From NCBI GenBank assembly GCA_018304385.1, contig JAGVWJ010000004.1:1-49453 (forward strand): 49,453 nt of DNA, given 5' to 3'. Every line of letters starts with the position of its first letter. Positions within the stretch are counted from its first letter, which is position 1. The translations under genes and the position numbers were made by a program. The notes under the pieces are model-generated. The model ran no database searches. It was not told where the DNA came from and was given only the letters and a program-made list of their open reading frames with translations. Origin of the DNA: Candidatus Micrarchaeota archaeon (GTDB lineage: Archaea > Micrarchaeota > Micrarchaeia > Anstonellales > Bilamarchaeaceae). Positions 37,631 through 46,732 of this stretch are shown piece after piece.

Positions 37631-39361
37631 ATGATTAAAACAAAAATAGACGATATGATTAGACTGCTTAAGGATAAAAAGAGGCTTACAATAGACGAGA
37701 TAGCACGCGAGCTTTTGCTTGATGGAAAATCTGTTGAAAAGATTGCACAAATTTTAGATAAAGCTGAGGTTGTTAAGCTTGTTTATCCGATAAACGTAGT
37801 TGCAAGACCATGGGTTGAGATTAAAGAAATAAAAAGAGAAGAACAACTAGCTGAGCCAACTGGAAACTTGATAGATGAGTATAATATATCCGGACTAAAA
37901 GGCCATGCAAGCGGTAATGTAAAAATAGTCCTAACTGATTTGGATAAAAGACCAATGTATTTTATATCAGCACCGCAGGTCTCCTATGCAACACGTGCTT
38001 ATTTTGATGCAATAAAAGATGAGATATCGAAGCTAACACCAATAGAACAAAGAGAAATTGTAAGAGAGGATATTGAAAGAGGATTTGATATAAGGCATAA
38101 GGTAATCGCCTCTGTACTTCAACAAGATATTGCACCAGAAAAAAAAGTTCTTGATGTGATGTGCGGTATTATTTTACGTGAGATGTATGGCCTTGGTGAG
38201 ATAGAAATATTAATTGCTGATGACCTACTTGAAGAGGTTATAATTAACTCTTCTCACCAGCCAATAGCAGTTTACCATCGTAAATATGGGTGGCTAAAAA
38301 CAAACATCCAACCAAAAACAGAAGAGGAAGTAGAGAATTACGCATCACAGATTGCACGTAAAATAGGCAAGCAGATAAGCTTGTTAAACCCAATACTAGA
38401 TGCACACCTTATTAGCGGAGATCGTGTAAACTCAACTCTTTTTCCAATATCAACAGTAGGAAATACACTAACATTACGTTTATTTGCGCGTAACCCGTGG
38501 ACCATTGTTGGATTTCTTGATAAAGAAAATCGTGTTTTAACAGTTGAGATGGCTGCGCTGCTATGGCAGGCAGTGCATTATGAAATGAACGTGTTAATTT
38601 CAGGAGGAACTGCTAGTGGTAAAACAAGCGCTTTAAACGCCATAGTCTCACTTGTTCCAAATTTTCAAAGAGTGATAAGTATAGAAGATACGCGCGAGCT
38701 TGCATTGCCAAGCTATCAATGGAATTGGATTCCGCTTGTTACCAGGCCTGCAAACCCTGAAGGTTTAGGGGAGATAACAATGCTTGATCTTGTTGTTAAT
38801 GCATTGCGTATGCGTCCTGATAGAATAGTAATGGGGGAAATAAGAAGAAAGCGCGAGGCAGAAGTGCTCTTTGAGGCAATGCATACTGGGCATAGCGTTT
38901 ATGCAACAATGCATGCTGATACTGGCTCGCAGGTTATAAAAAGATTAATAGAACCGCCAATAGAAGTACCCGCAAGCCAGGTAGAAGATGTACATCTTAT
39001 AATGGTCCAATATCGTGACAGAAGAAAGAATATAAGAAAAACATTAGAGATTAGTGAGGTTGCGCTTGGCCCATCTGGCCCAGAACTTAATCATATTTAT
39101 AATTGGAGGCCACGTGTTGACCAATTCCAACTAGTGCGGCCACCTCGCCGTTATATTGAACAAATGAATCTGCACACTGGTATGACTGAAAAAGAAATTA
39201 ACGAGGATCAGGAAGAGAAAAAAAGTATATTGAATTGGATGTATGAGCAAAGGCTGCATCAAATAGAGGATGTTGGTGCGATAATGAAGATTTATTATAG
39301 TGATAAGGATAGCTTACTTAAGGCTGTGGAGAAGAAATTGTCGCCTACTAAGGTAATTTGA
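37631..39361 (+). CDS. Type IV pilus / secretion ATPase 2 with N-terminal winged-helix-like domain
   Basis: GGTASGKT, SIEDTREL, ALRMRPDRIVMGEIR and HTGH. Confidence 0.94.
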   Translation: MIKTKIDDMIRLLKDKKRLTIDEIARELLLDGKSVEKIAQILDKAEVVKLVYPINVVARPWVEIKEIKREEQLAEPTGNLIDEYNISGLKGHASGNVKIVLTDLDKRPMYFISAPQVSYATRAYFDAIKDEISKLTPIEQREIVREDIERGFDIRHKVIASVLQQDIAPEKKVLDVMCGIILREMYGLGEIEILIADDLLEEVIINSSHQPIAVYHRKYGWLKTNIQPKTEEEVENYASQIARKIGKQISLLNPILDAHLISGDRVNSTLFPISTVGNTLTLRLFARNPWTIVGFLDKENRVLTVEMAALLWQAVHYEMNVLISGGTASGKTSALNAIVSLVPNFQRVISIEDTRELALPSYQWNWIPLVTRPANPEGLGEITMLDLVVNALRMRPDRIVMGEIRRKREAEVLFEAMHTGHSVYATMHADTGSQVIKRLIEPPIEVPASQVEDVHLIMVQYRDRRKNIRKTLEISEVALGPSGPELNHIYNWRPRVDQFQLVRPPRRYIEQMNLHTGMTEKEINEDQEEKKSILNWMYEQRLHQIEDVGAIMKIYYSDKDSLLKAVEKKLSPTKVI

Positions 39362-39396
39362 TCGACCATGCGCCTTCAGCAATGAGCCATGAGCCT
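39362..39396. repeat. 7-bp-period repeat, direct copy of the 37546 arm
   Basis: 39372-39395 matches 37546-37569 at 21 of 24 nt. Confidence 0.75.
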
Positions 39397-39466
39397 GTGG
39401 TTAAGAATTTAAATCTATGTATTCTAATTATAATTATACGACCGCAGAATGTAATTAGTGATATCC

Positions 39467-41848
39467 ATGACCAAAATGAGTAAGGCTAAACCAATTGAAA
39501 GAGCAGACCAAACTGCGAGAAAACCACTATCGCTTGCAAGGATAGATCCACTAAAATCTTTAGTTCCAAGCAGACCATTATCGCCTTTAGTAGTGTGGCA
39601 ACAACAGCGGGAGCTATGGGGAGATCAGATTGCAACGTTTTGCGAGCTTCATGGTAGATTAGTACGAGCAAAAGCAGCTGCAACAAGGGAAGAACCAAGC
39701 AGTGATCGTGCATTGGTTCTTTTTCAAAACCGCTCTGCAATCGCAAAAGTGCACGATAATGATGCATTAGAAGAGTTTCGAGCTGCACATGGATTAACAG
39801 AACTAAGAGAACAACTATTAGATTTTATTAAAAGTGAGATATCATTTGAACGCGGATTTCAAATGTTCCGCAAAGTGCTTTGTGCATTTGGCATCAAAGT
39901 AGAAACATGGGAAGAACTTAATAAGCTATATCCTGATCTTACAGTTACTGAGGTCTCTTTAGTCAGCTTGCTTAAAAGAGTGCCGTATTTCTATTTATCT
40001 GCAGGAAGAAATGGTATAGAATTACCAATAGATATACCTATCTGGGACAATCTAGTAAAAAGGATATTGAAAACTAGAGAAAGTCGACTTACTGCTAAAT
40101 TTGTTGCAAGTTTATATGACGCAACCACATATGGTCTTGCCTATGTTTTTGATTGCTATGATCAAAAATTGCTTGGACGAGATGCATCTAGAAATCAATC
40201 GCTTGATGCTTATAATGCTGGCGGACTAACAGGTGTTAAAGAGGATGTTGAACTAGTGCCATTTAGAAATAAAATAAGACAGGTATTTGAAAAACTAATA
40301 TTATTAGCAATATCAAATAAGAGAATTCATCAGCAGCTATTCAGAGAAAGTGATGAATGCTTTACTGCTGCATTTGGAGTGATATTACGGAAAGCGTATA
40401 AAGAGGTTACAGGAAAGGAACCTGTCTATGACAAACCAATAAAAACACAGGTTGAACAATTGTCCAAGCAACAAGAGCTAGAGGTTTACAAAAAAGCAGA
40501 AGAACTTGAAAAAAATCTATGCAGAGCTAAGGTATATGATTTAACAATGGGTAGAATGCTAACCACAGAAGAGGTATTCAGACTTGTTGCACTTATAGAA
40601 AAGCCTCCTGATGAGCTTTTTAATGGATTTGTTGGTTATACGGCCGCATATGGGTTAGGTGTAGGGTTTATCAAAGAAGATGGAGAGATAGTAGACTATT
40701 CTAAATACAGGGGATTCTTTGTTCAGCGCGCAACAAACATTGTTTATTATGAGCAGGTTGACCTAGAAAAAAATGCAGGAACAATGAGTGAAATATTTAA
40801 TGGAATCTACGAAGAATTAATTGCAAGGGCAATGGGTGATGTTTTAGTAGAAGGAAGACCACAATCATTATTAGAAGAACTGCGCCTTGATTTTTATCTT
40901 GCAACAAGCATAGATTTAGCAATACATCCTAGAGAATATGTAGAGATACACGAGCATGATCCAGAAAAAAAAGGCTCTGGATATGACGCTTACTTGCATG
41001 CATTTGGTGGAGAGAAACAAGTTGTAGCAAGGACAACGCGTAAGATTGGTTATGAAGAAGCTAGGTTAATTACAAGGACGATCAAATTATTACCAAAAGA
41101 GCTACTAAAAGATGTAAAGAGAATAACGAAAGATCAGGACAATTATATGACGCTCGAGGGAATAATGGCTGGCATGATTAAACAAGGCGAATATAATGCA
41201 AGAGATAAAACAATAACAATGATGGAAAATGCGCACGCTCCTTTTAACACACTTACACATGCTGAGCGATATGTGTATACTACAACATTGCTACATGAGA
41301 TTGGAGAATCAGTGTGGGCCAATCTAAATGAAGAGCAGCGCGCTGGGTTTGTAGCTATAAGCGGGTGGGATGAAAAAAGAAAGCATAATATAGCTAAGGA
41401 AAATTTGAGAACCAACTTCTTAAGTGCGTATAGCCATCTATCCGGCCCAAATGATGATTTTTCTGAGCACTTTTCATTTTATGTTATGCATGCACAGGAA
41501 TTCCGCGAAGCTGCAGAAAGAAATGAGGCAATAAGAAGAAAATATGAGTTTATAAAAAGAATATTTACTATTGGTGATAAAACAACTGAATATCCACAAA
41601 TTTCAGAATTAGGTATTGAAGAACTAAATGGAGAAATAGAACAGGAAATAAGAACTGCAAATATAGAAGAAGCAAGAGCACTACAAGAAATGGGAGAAGA
41701 AGCTCTACTAAAAGAACGAGAAGAAAGAATGGCAAGAACAAAGCTAACATTAGAAGAGGCGGAAATAGAATTACATGGCGAAGATGATGACGCTGATTAT
41801 GATGATATGCTAGCCTCTAATTCTCCATTTTTTAAAAAGGATGAATAA
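39467..41848 (+). CDS. Large hypothetical protein with a degenerate zincin-like domain
   Basis: LLHEIGE followed by YS...PNDDFSEHFSFY; acidic C-terminus. Confidence 0.65.
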   Translation: MTKMSKAKPIERADQTARKPLSLARIDPLKSLVPSRPLSPLVVWQQQRELWGDQIATFCELHGRLVRAKAAATREEPSSDRALVLFQNRSAIAKVHDNDALEEFRAAHGLTELREQLLDFIKSEISFERGFQMFRKVLCAFGIKVETWEELNKLYPDLTVTEVSLVSLLKRVPYFYLSAGRNGIELPIDIPIWDNLVKRILKTRESRLTAKFVASLYDATTYGLAYVFDCYDQKLLGRDASRNQSLDAYNAGGLTGVKEDVELVPFRNKIRQVFEKLILLAISNKRIHQQLFRESDECFTAAFGVILRKAYKEVTGKEPVYDKPIKTQVEQLSKQQELEVYKKAEELEKNLCRAKVYDLTMGRMLTTEEVFRLVALIEKPPDELFNGFVGYTAAYGLGVGFIKEDGEIVDYSKYRGFFVQRATNIVYYEQVDLEKNAGTMSEIFNGIYEELIARAMGDVLVEGRPQSLLEELRLDFYLATSIDLAIHPREYVEIHEHDPEKKGSGYDAYLHAFGGEKQVVARTTRKIGYEEARLITRTIKLLPKELLKDVKRITKDQDNYMTLEGIMAGMIKQGEYNARDKTITMMENAHAPFNTLTHAERYVYTTTLLHEIGESVWANLNEEQRAGFVAISGWDEKRKHNIAKENLRTNFLSAYSHLSGPNDDFSEHFSFYVMHAQEFREAAERNEAIRRKYEFIKRIFTIGDKTTEYPQISELGIEELNGEIEQEIRTANIEEARALQEMGEEALLKEREERMARTKLTLEEAEIELHGEDDDADYDDMLASNSPFFKKDE

Positions 41849-42601
41849 TTATTCAGGCACAGGTGGTGCACTATCTGAGGAACTGTCACTTGTTTCGCCG
41901 CTTGAACCTGCATTGCTATCAGATGTTGGCAGCGCGCTACCATAATCTAATCCACCAGTGTCTAATCCTTTAGTTAGTTCGGATAGATCGCAAACCTTAC
42001 CACCAGCTACAAAAACTGCATCAGTAAATGTGCCTGCTTTGCAACTGAAATCGGTTTTTGGTATTTCTTCTAGATCAGAGCTGGACATTGTACTGGACGA
42101 ACTTGTGGGCTGTGCTCCTCCTACACTACCGACATCTAAACCGATTTTTAGCCATTTGCATTGAGGAAGTATCTCTTCTTTTTCGCAACCAATATATATC
42201 GCATCAAGATCTTTGAAGATACTAACGGACTTTTTACACTCTGGCGTTTGTGGTGAATCCATCTCAGTTCTAAAGGTCTTTCCCTTGACATAAAGTTTCA
42301 TTGTTTGCTGACCTTCAGAAGATGTTATTTTTACATCACATTCAACCGGTACTCCTAAGGCAACCAATTCTTCATAACCTTTATTAGCAAAATCTGATAT
42401 TGGAGATGGTTGTGGTATAGGTAAAGGAGTTGGAGCTGGAGTTGGTTGAGGCGTAGGTGATGGTTGAGTAACTGGGGTTGGGGAAGGAGATGGTTGCGGG
42501 GATGGCGTTGGGGTTGTGCTAGACTGCCCGCCTGGCAGTGTACAACCAAAAATAAATAGCGTAATAGCAAATAAACTAACTAAAAACATGTTATTTTTCA
42601 T
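41849..42601 (-). CDS. Putative lipoprotein with Pro/Thr-rich linker
   Basis: MKNNMFLVSLFAITLFIFGC lipobox; PTPSPQP repeats. Confidence 0.75.
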   Translation of the reverse strand: MKNNMFLVSLFAITLFIFGCTLPGGQSSTTPTPSPQPSPSPTPVTQPSPTPQPTPAPTPLPIPQPSPISDFANKGYEELVALGVPVECDVKITSSEGQQTMKLYVKGKTFRTEMDSPQTPECKKSVSIFKDLDAIYIGCEKEEILPQCKWLKIGLDVGSVGGAQPTSSSSTMSSSDLEEIPKTDFSCKAGTFTDAVFVAGGKVCDLSELTKGLDTGGLDYGSALPTSDSNAGSSGETSDSSSDSAPPVPE

Positions 42602-42662
42602 GGAAATCACAAGATTATTAAGAATGGGGAAATTTAAAAAGGTTAAGGCTACTATTTTGATC

Positions 42663-43565
42663 ATGAACGATGATGAATTAAAAAGAATTCCTTTACATTT
42701 ATTTTACTTTAATAAAATGACAGCCTTCAAAAGGCTTAGTGGATTCGGCAGGGCGTTGCGTGTTTTTAGAAAAAGCATAGATGAAGATTTGCAAGGCATT
42801 GGTGCAAGTGTTGATGGCAATCTTTATCTGGTAGCATCATTTTTTTCTGCATTATTTTATGGGATTTTGTTTGGTACGCTTATCTTTGTATTGGCATTAG
42901 TAATGCCTGAGCAAAAGGCAGTTGCGCAGAAGTTTGGCATTGGCTTTGGGTTTCTCCTATTCTTCTTGTTTTTTTTCCTTCATGTAGTGCATCCTGGGAT
43001 AATAAAAAGGAAAATAGCTGTGCGGCAAAATAAAGATTTGTTATTCGGATTAAGGGAGATTATAATGAGTGTTGATAGTGGTGTGCCTTTATTTGATTCA
43101 ATGAAAAATGTTTCGCTCGCAAACTACGGTTATTTATCAAAAGACTTTTCACATGTAGTTAAAAAAATAGAATCTGGCGTATTTGAACGCGATGCGCTGC
43201 AGTCTTTAGCAATACAAAGCGAGAATGAATATTTAAGGAGGGCTGCATGGCAGATTATTAATGCATTGGAAACAGGTTCAAAGGTCAGCAGCGCATTATC
43301 TAGTATAACAGATGTACTGGAAAAACAGATTAACCGCGAAATTAAGGATTACTCTTCAAATCTAAATTTTATCATGCTCATATATATGCTCATTGCAGCT
43401 GCAATTCCTTCATTGGGCGTAACATTCATGGTTTTGTTATCTGCATTCTCTGGTGCTGGTGTAAGCCAAATAACAATATTTTTTGTACTAGGTACATCAT
43501 TTTTTATTCAAGCAATAGTACTTGGGTATGCAGCAGCAACAAGACCTGCAATATTTGGGGCATAA
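42663..43565 (+). CDS. Type II secretion F-family platform protein
   Basis: SVDSGVPLFDSM, YGYLSKDF and QIINALETGSKV; paralog of 24486; start uncertain. Confidence 0.85.
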   Translation: MNDDELKRIPLHLFYFNKMTAFKRLSGFGRALRVFRKSIDEDLQGIGASVDGNLYLVASFFSALFYGILFGTLIFVLALVMPEQKAVAQKFGIGFGFLLFFLFFFLHVVHPGIIKRKIAVRQNKDLLFGLREIIMSVDSGVPLFDSMKNVSLANYGYLSKDFSHVVKKIESGVFERDALQSLAIQSENEYLRRAAWQIINALETGSKVSSALSSITDVLEKQINREIKDYSSNLNFIMLIYMLIAAAIPSLGVTFMVLLSAFSGAGVSQITIFFVLGTSFFIQAIVLGYAAATRPAIFGA

Positions 43566-43598
43566 TATGGGCATGTGCAATGGTTGTGAGTTGAAAAT

Positions 43599-44591
43599 AT
43601 GCTAGACTTTTCAAAAATATATAACAGTATAGGGGATAAATTTCCTAGCAGGTTTCATGAAAAACTAGAACTAAAACTTAGATATGCAGGAGTAGAGGCA
43701 AACACGCTTACGTGGCTAGGTGCAAGGGTTTTACTAGTAATATTATTTAGCCTCATAGGATTTCTTGGGTATATTACACTATTAGATCGAACAGGTTATG
43801 GAATTGGAATAGCTATTTCTATCTTGTTATTAATATTATTTGGTGGTTTGGTTTACATAAATATATACTTCATGTTAGTTAATAGAACTACTAAGGTAGA
43901 GCGCGTGCTACCCGATTTCCTTATGCTAATCGTGTCAAACTTACACGCAGGCATGACGCCTTATGCAGCGTTCGTTCAAGCTGCGCGACCTGAATTTGGT
44001 CCGCTTTATTCAGAAGTAAAGGAAGCTGCTGCACGTGTTGGTGGCAAGCGGAGCTTAGATGCTGCTTTGCTAGCGCTGAGCGACAGATTTGATTCTGAGA
44101 TATTTAGAAAAACAGTAAACCTTTTCTTAAAAGGCATAAAGGCGGGCGGACAGTTGGCAAAACTATTAACTGCAAACGCAGAAGAGATCAGGAGAATACA
44201 GGACTTAAGAGCAGAGCTTATAAGCACGACCAAAACATATACTGTATTTCTTGCATTTATTGTTATTATAGTTATGCCATTTTTATTAAGCGTAGGGGTA
44301 AACTTCCTAAATACATTTGTAAGTATAAAATCTCAAATAGGCACACCAGAACCAGGCACACAAACAGTGCCTATATTTAGTGGCGAGATTAGTATAACCC
44401 CACAACAAATGCGAGATATTGCAATGATAGCACTTGGTGTAACATGTTTATTAGCTGCAATGTTCATGGGCATTGTAAGGGCAGGCAAGGCGATCTATGG
44501 CTTAAAATATTATCCATTGCTAGTCGTAGCCTCAATAATATCCTTCTTTATCACACAGGAGATAGTAGGGAAAATAATTACTGTTGGGTAA
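43599..44591 (+). CDS. Type II secretion F-family platform protein
   Basis: ERVLPDFLMLIVSNLHAGMTP and KAGGQLAKLL; paralog of 25374. Confidence 0.9.
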   Translation: MLDFSKIYNSIGDKFPSRFHEKLELKLRYAGVEANTLTWLGARVLLVILFSLIGFLGYITLLDRTGYGIGIAISILLLILFGGLVYINIYFMLVNRTTKVERVLPDFLMLIVSNLHAGMTPYAAFVQAARPEFGPLYSEVKEAAARVGGKRSLDAALLALSDRFDSEIFRKTVNLFLKGIKAGGQLAKLLTANAEEIRRIQDLRAELISTTKTYTVFLAFIVIIVMPFLLSVGVNFLNTFVSIKSQIGTPEPGTQTVPIFSGEISITPQQMRDIAMIALGVTCLLAAMFMGIVRAGKAIYGLKYYPLLVVASIISFFITQEIVGKIITVG

Positions 44592-44690
44592 AGCTACTGA
44601 ATATGTGAAGAGACTGCTGGCCCGAACGTGTTCGTAAAGTTTATAAATATAAATAGTATAGCATATTCATAAACTTCAGGGTGATCAATA

Positions 44691-45137
44691 ATGAAAGCAC
44701 AGGTTTCGACTGAGTATTTGGTTATATTGGCAGTTGTGCTGGTAATAGCACTTGTTGTAGTTTATTTGGTAAGCCAAGGAACAAGCCTGGGCGGCGGTAT
44801 TGTTGATTCACAAAGCCAGGCATATTGGAAAGGTGTTGGGCCATTGGCTATAAACAATTTCCGAGCTAGTGGAACTGGTTTACAACTAGAAATACAAAAT
44901 AATGCACAGGAAACTGTTACAATGACAGCACTTAGTGGCACAGGCCTAACTACATATACAACAAGTACTACATTTGCACCAGGGCAGACAAATACAGTAA
45001 CTGTTACTTTGGCAGCAACATGTGGTGCAGCAGGAACAAGATATTCATATGGTAACGTAACATTTACTTTTAATCAAGGCCAGGTAAATGGAAAAACATT
45101 TGTAGGACAAAGACCAGTATCTGGTACTTGTTCATAA
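44691..45137 (+). CDS. Probable major pilin, copy 1
   Basis: KA/QVSTEYLVILAVVLVIAL; own TTTATAAATA promoter and GGGTGA SD. Confidence 0.85.
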   Translation: MKAQVSTEYLVILAVVLVIALVVVYLVSQGTSLGGGIVDSQSQAYWKGVGPLAINNFRASGTGLQLEIQNNAQETVTMTALSGTGLTTYTTSTTFAPGQTNTVTVTLAATCGAAGTRYSYGNVTFTFNQGQVNGKTFVGQRPVSGTCS

Positions 45138-45158
45138 AAAATATGAAGGTGATATAAA

Positions 45159-45608
45159 ATGAAAAAAGGTCAGGTTTCGACTGAGTATTTGGTTATATTG
45201 GCAGTTGTGCTGGTAATAGCACTTGTTGTAGTTTATTTGGTAAGCCAAGGAACAGGATTAGGCGGTGGAATAACAGAATCCCAAAGCCAATCATATTGGA
45301 AAGGTGTTGGGCCTGTAGCAATCAACAATTTCAGAGCAAGTGGTACAAACCTACAATTAGAAATGCAAAATAATGCACGAGAGCAAGTTACAGTAACTGC
45401 TATTAGTGGAACTGGATTAACTACGTATACTACGAGCACAGCATTTGCACCAGGGCAAACAAATACAGTAACTGTTACTTTAGCAGCAACATGTGGTGCA
45501 GCAGGAACAAGATATTCATATGGTAACGTAACATTTACTTACAATGTAGGTGCAATAACAGGCAAAACATTTGTAGGGCAAAGACCATTAGTTGGTACTT
45601 GTTCGTAA
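45159..45608 (+). CDS. Probable major pilin, copy 2 (tandem paralog)
   Basis: KG/QVSTEYLVILAVVLVIAL; close paralog at 471-bp offset. Confidence 0.85.
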   Translation: MKKGQVSTEYLVILAVVLVIALVVVYLVSQGTGLGGGITESQSQSYWKGVGPVAINNFRASGTNLQLEMQNNAREQVTVTAISGTGLTTYTTSTAFAPGQTNTVTVTLAATCGAAGTRYSYGNVTFTYNVGAITGKTFVGQRPLVGTCS

Positions 45609-45618
45609 TTAGTTTTTG

Positions 45619-45676
45619 GCTATTAGCCATTGGCAAGTAGCAGTTGGCTAAAAGCTAACTGCCAACAGCTAATGGC
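45619..45676 (+). repeat. 7-bp-period hairpin after the pilin pair
   Basis: Nine GC dinucleotides at exact 7-bp spacing; GCCATTGGC/GCTAATGGC and GCAGTTGGCT/AGCTAACTGC stems. Confidence 0.85.
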
Positions 45677-45731
45677 AGTTATTTTATTCTTTTCTCTTTA
45701 TTATTTCCTTATTCTGATTTGAGTTGATACT

Positions 45732-46730
45732 ATGAAAGTAGCCATTACTGGGTTTGGTAGAATAGGCAAGATGTTTCTAAAAGCAGCTGTTCAACAAGGC
45801 GCTTTAGGCAGAGACTTTGATGTTGTTGCAATTAATACGCGCAGCGCTGTAGATATGCATGTTCATATGTTCAAATATGATTCTAATTACGGAAGATTTA
45901 GTGGAACTGTGGAAGCACGCAATGGCAACTTTGTTCTTAATGATCATGAGATAAAATGGATAAGAGAAAATGATCCATTAAAGCTACCATGGAAAGAACT
46001 TGGCATTGATCTTGTTCTTGAGAGTACTGGCGAGTTTACAAAGCGCGAGGATGCGGAAAAGCATTTAGCTAGTGGTGCTGGTCGCGTGTTGATAAGCGCA
46101 CCTGCGAAAGTTGATGCAACCATTGTTCCTGGCGTAAATGACCATAAATTTGAGCCTTCGATGAAAGTTCTATCGCTTGCGAGTTGCACTACTAATTGTT
46201 TGGCACCAGTGCTTAAGGTATTGCATAATAAGTTTCACATTGAACATGGATTTTTGAGTACTATTCATGCTTATACAAATGATCAGCGCATAGCAGATGC
46301 GAGCCACGATGATTGGAGGCGCGCCCGCGCTGGCGCAATGAATATTATACCTACTACTACTGGCGCTGCAAAGGCAATTGGTGATGTTATCCCAGAACTC
46401 GCAGGAAAGATGGATGGCATTGCGTTTCGTGTGCCTGTTTCTGTTGGAAGTATTAATGATGTTGTTTGCACTGTGCAAAAAGCTACAACTGCAAGCGAGG
46501 TAAATAGCGAACTTAAGCGAGCTTCACAAGAAGAATTAAAAGGAATTCTTAGTTATACTGAAGAACCGCTTGTAAGTAGAGATATTGTTGGAACAACTTA
46601 TTCTAGCATAGTGGATGGATCGCTTACGCGCGTTATTGAAAAATTAGTTAAGGTAAGCTCTTGGTATGATAATGAGTTTGGGTATGCGAATCGCTTAGTA
46701 GATTTTGTAAGGAAGCTGAGCAAGCTCTAA
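45732..46730 (+). CDS. gap: Class I (bacterial-type) glyceraldehyde-3-phosphate dehydrogenase
   Basis: GFGRIG, ASCTTNCLAP, HAYTNDQ, TTTGAAKA, FRVP and WYDNEFGY. Confidence 0.96.
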   Translation: MKVAITGFGRIGKMFLKAAVQQGALGRDFDVVAINTRSAVDMHVHMFKYDSNYGRFSGTVEARNGNFVLNDHEIKWIRENDPLKLPWKELGIDLVLESTGEFTKREDAEKHLASGAGRVLISAPAKVDATIVPGVNDHKFEPSMKVLSLASCTTNCLAPVLKVLHNKFHIEHGFLSTIHAYTNDQRIADASHDDWRRARAGAMNIIPTTTGAAKAIGDVIPELAGKMDGIAFRVPVSVGSINDVVCTVQKATTASEVNSELKRASQEELKGILSYTEEPLVSRDIVGTTYSSIVDGSLTRVIEKLVKVSSWYDNEFGYANRLVDFVRKLSKL

Positions 46731-46732
46731 AA

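Noticed and set aside
44598-44676. Two 8-bp inverted repeats around the pilin TATA box (TGAATATG/CATATTCA; AAGTTTAT/ATAAACTT)
   Set aside because: Short, AT-rich and widely spaced; compatible with chance
22758-45676. Heptad repeat tracts considered as CRISPR or REP arrays
   Set aside because: No repeat-spacer architecture of CRISPR size and no cas or transposase genes nearby
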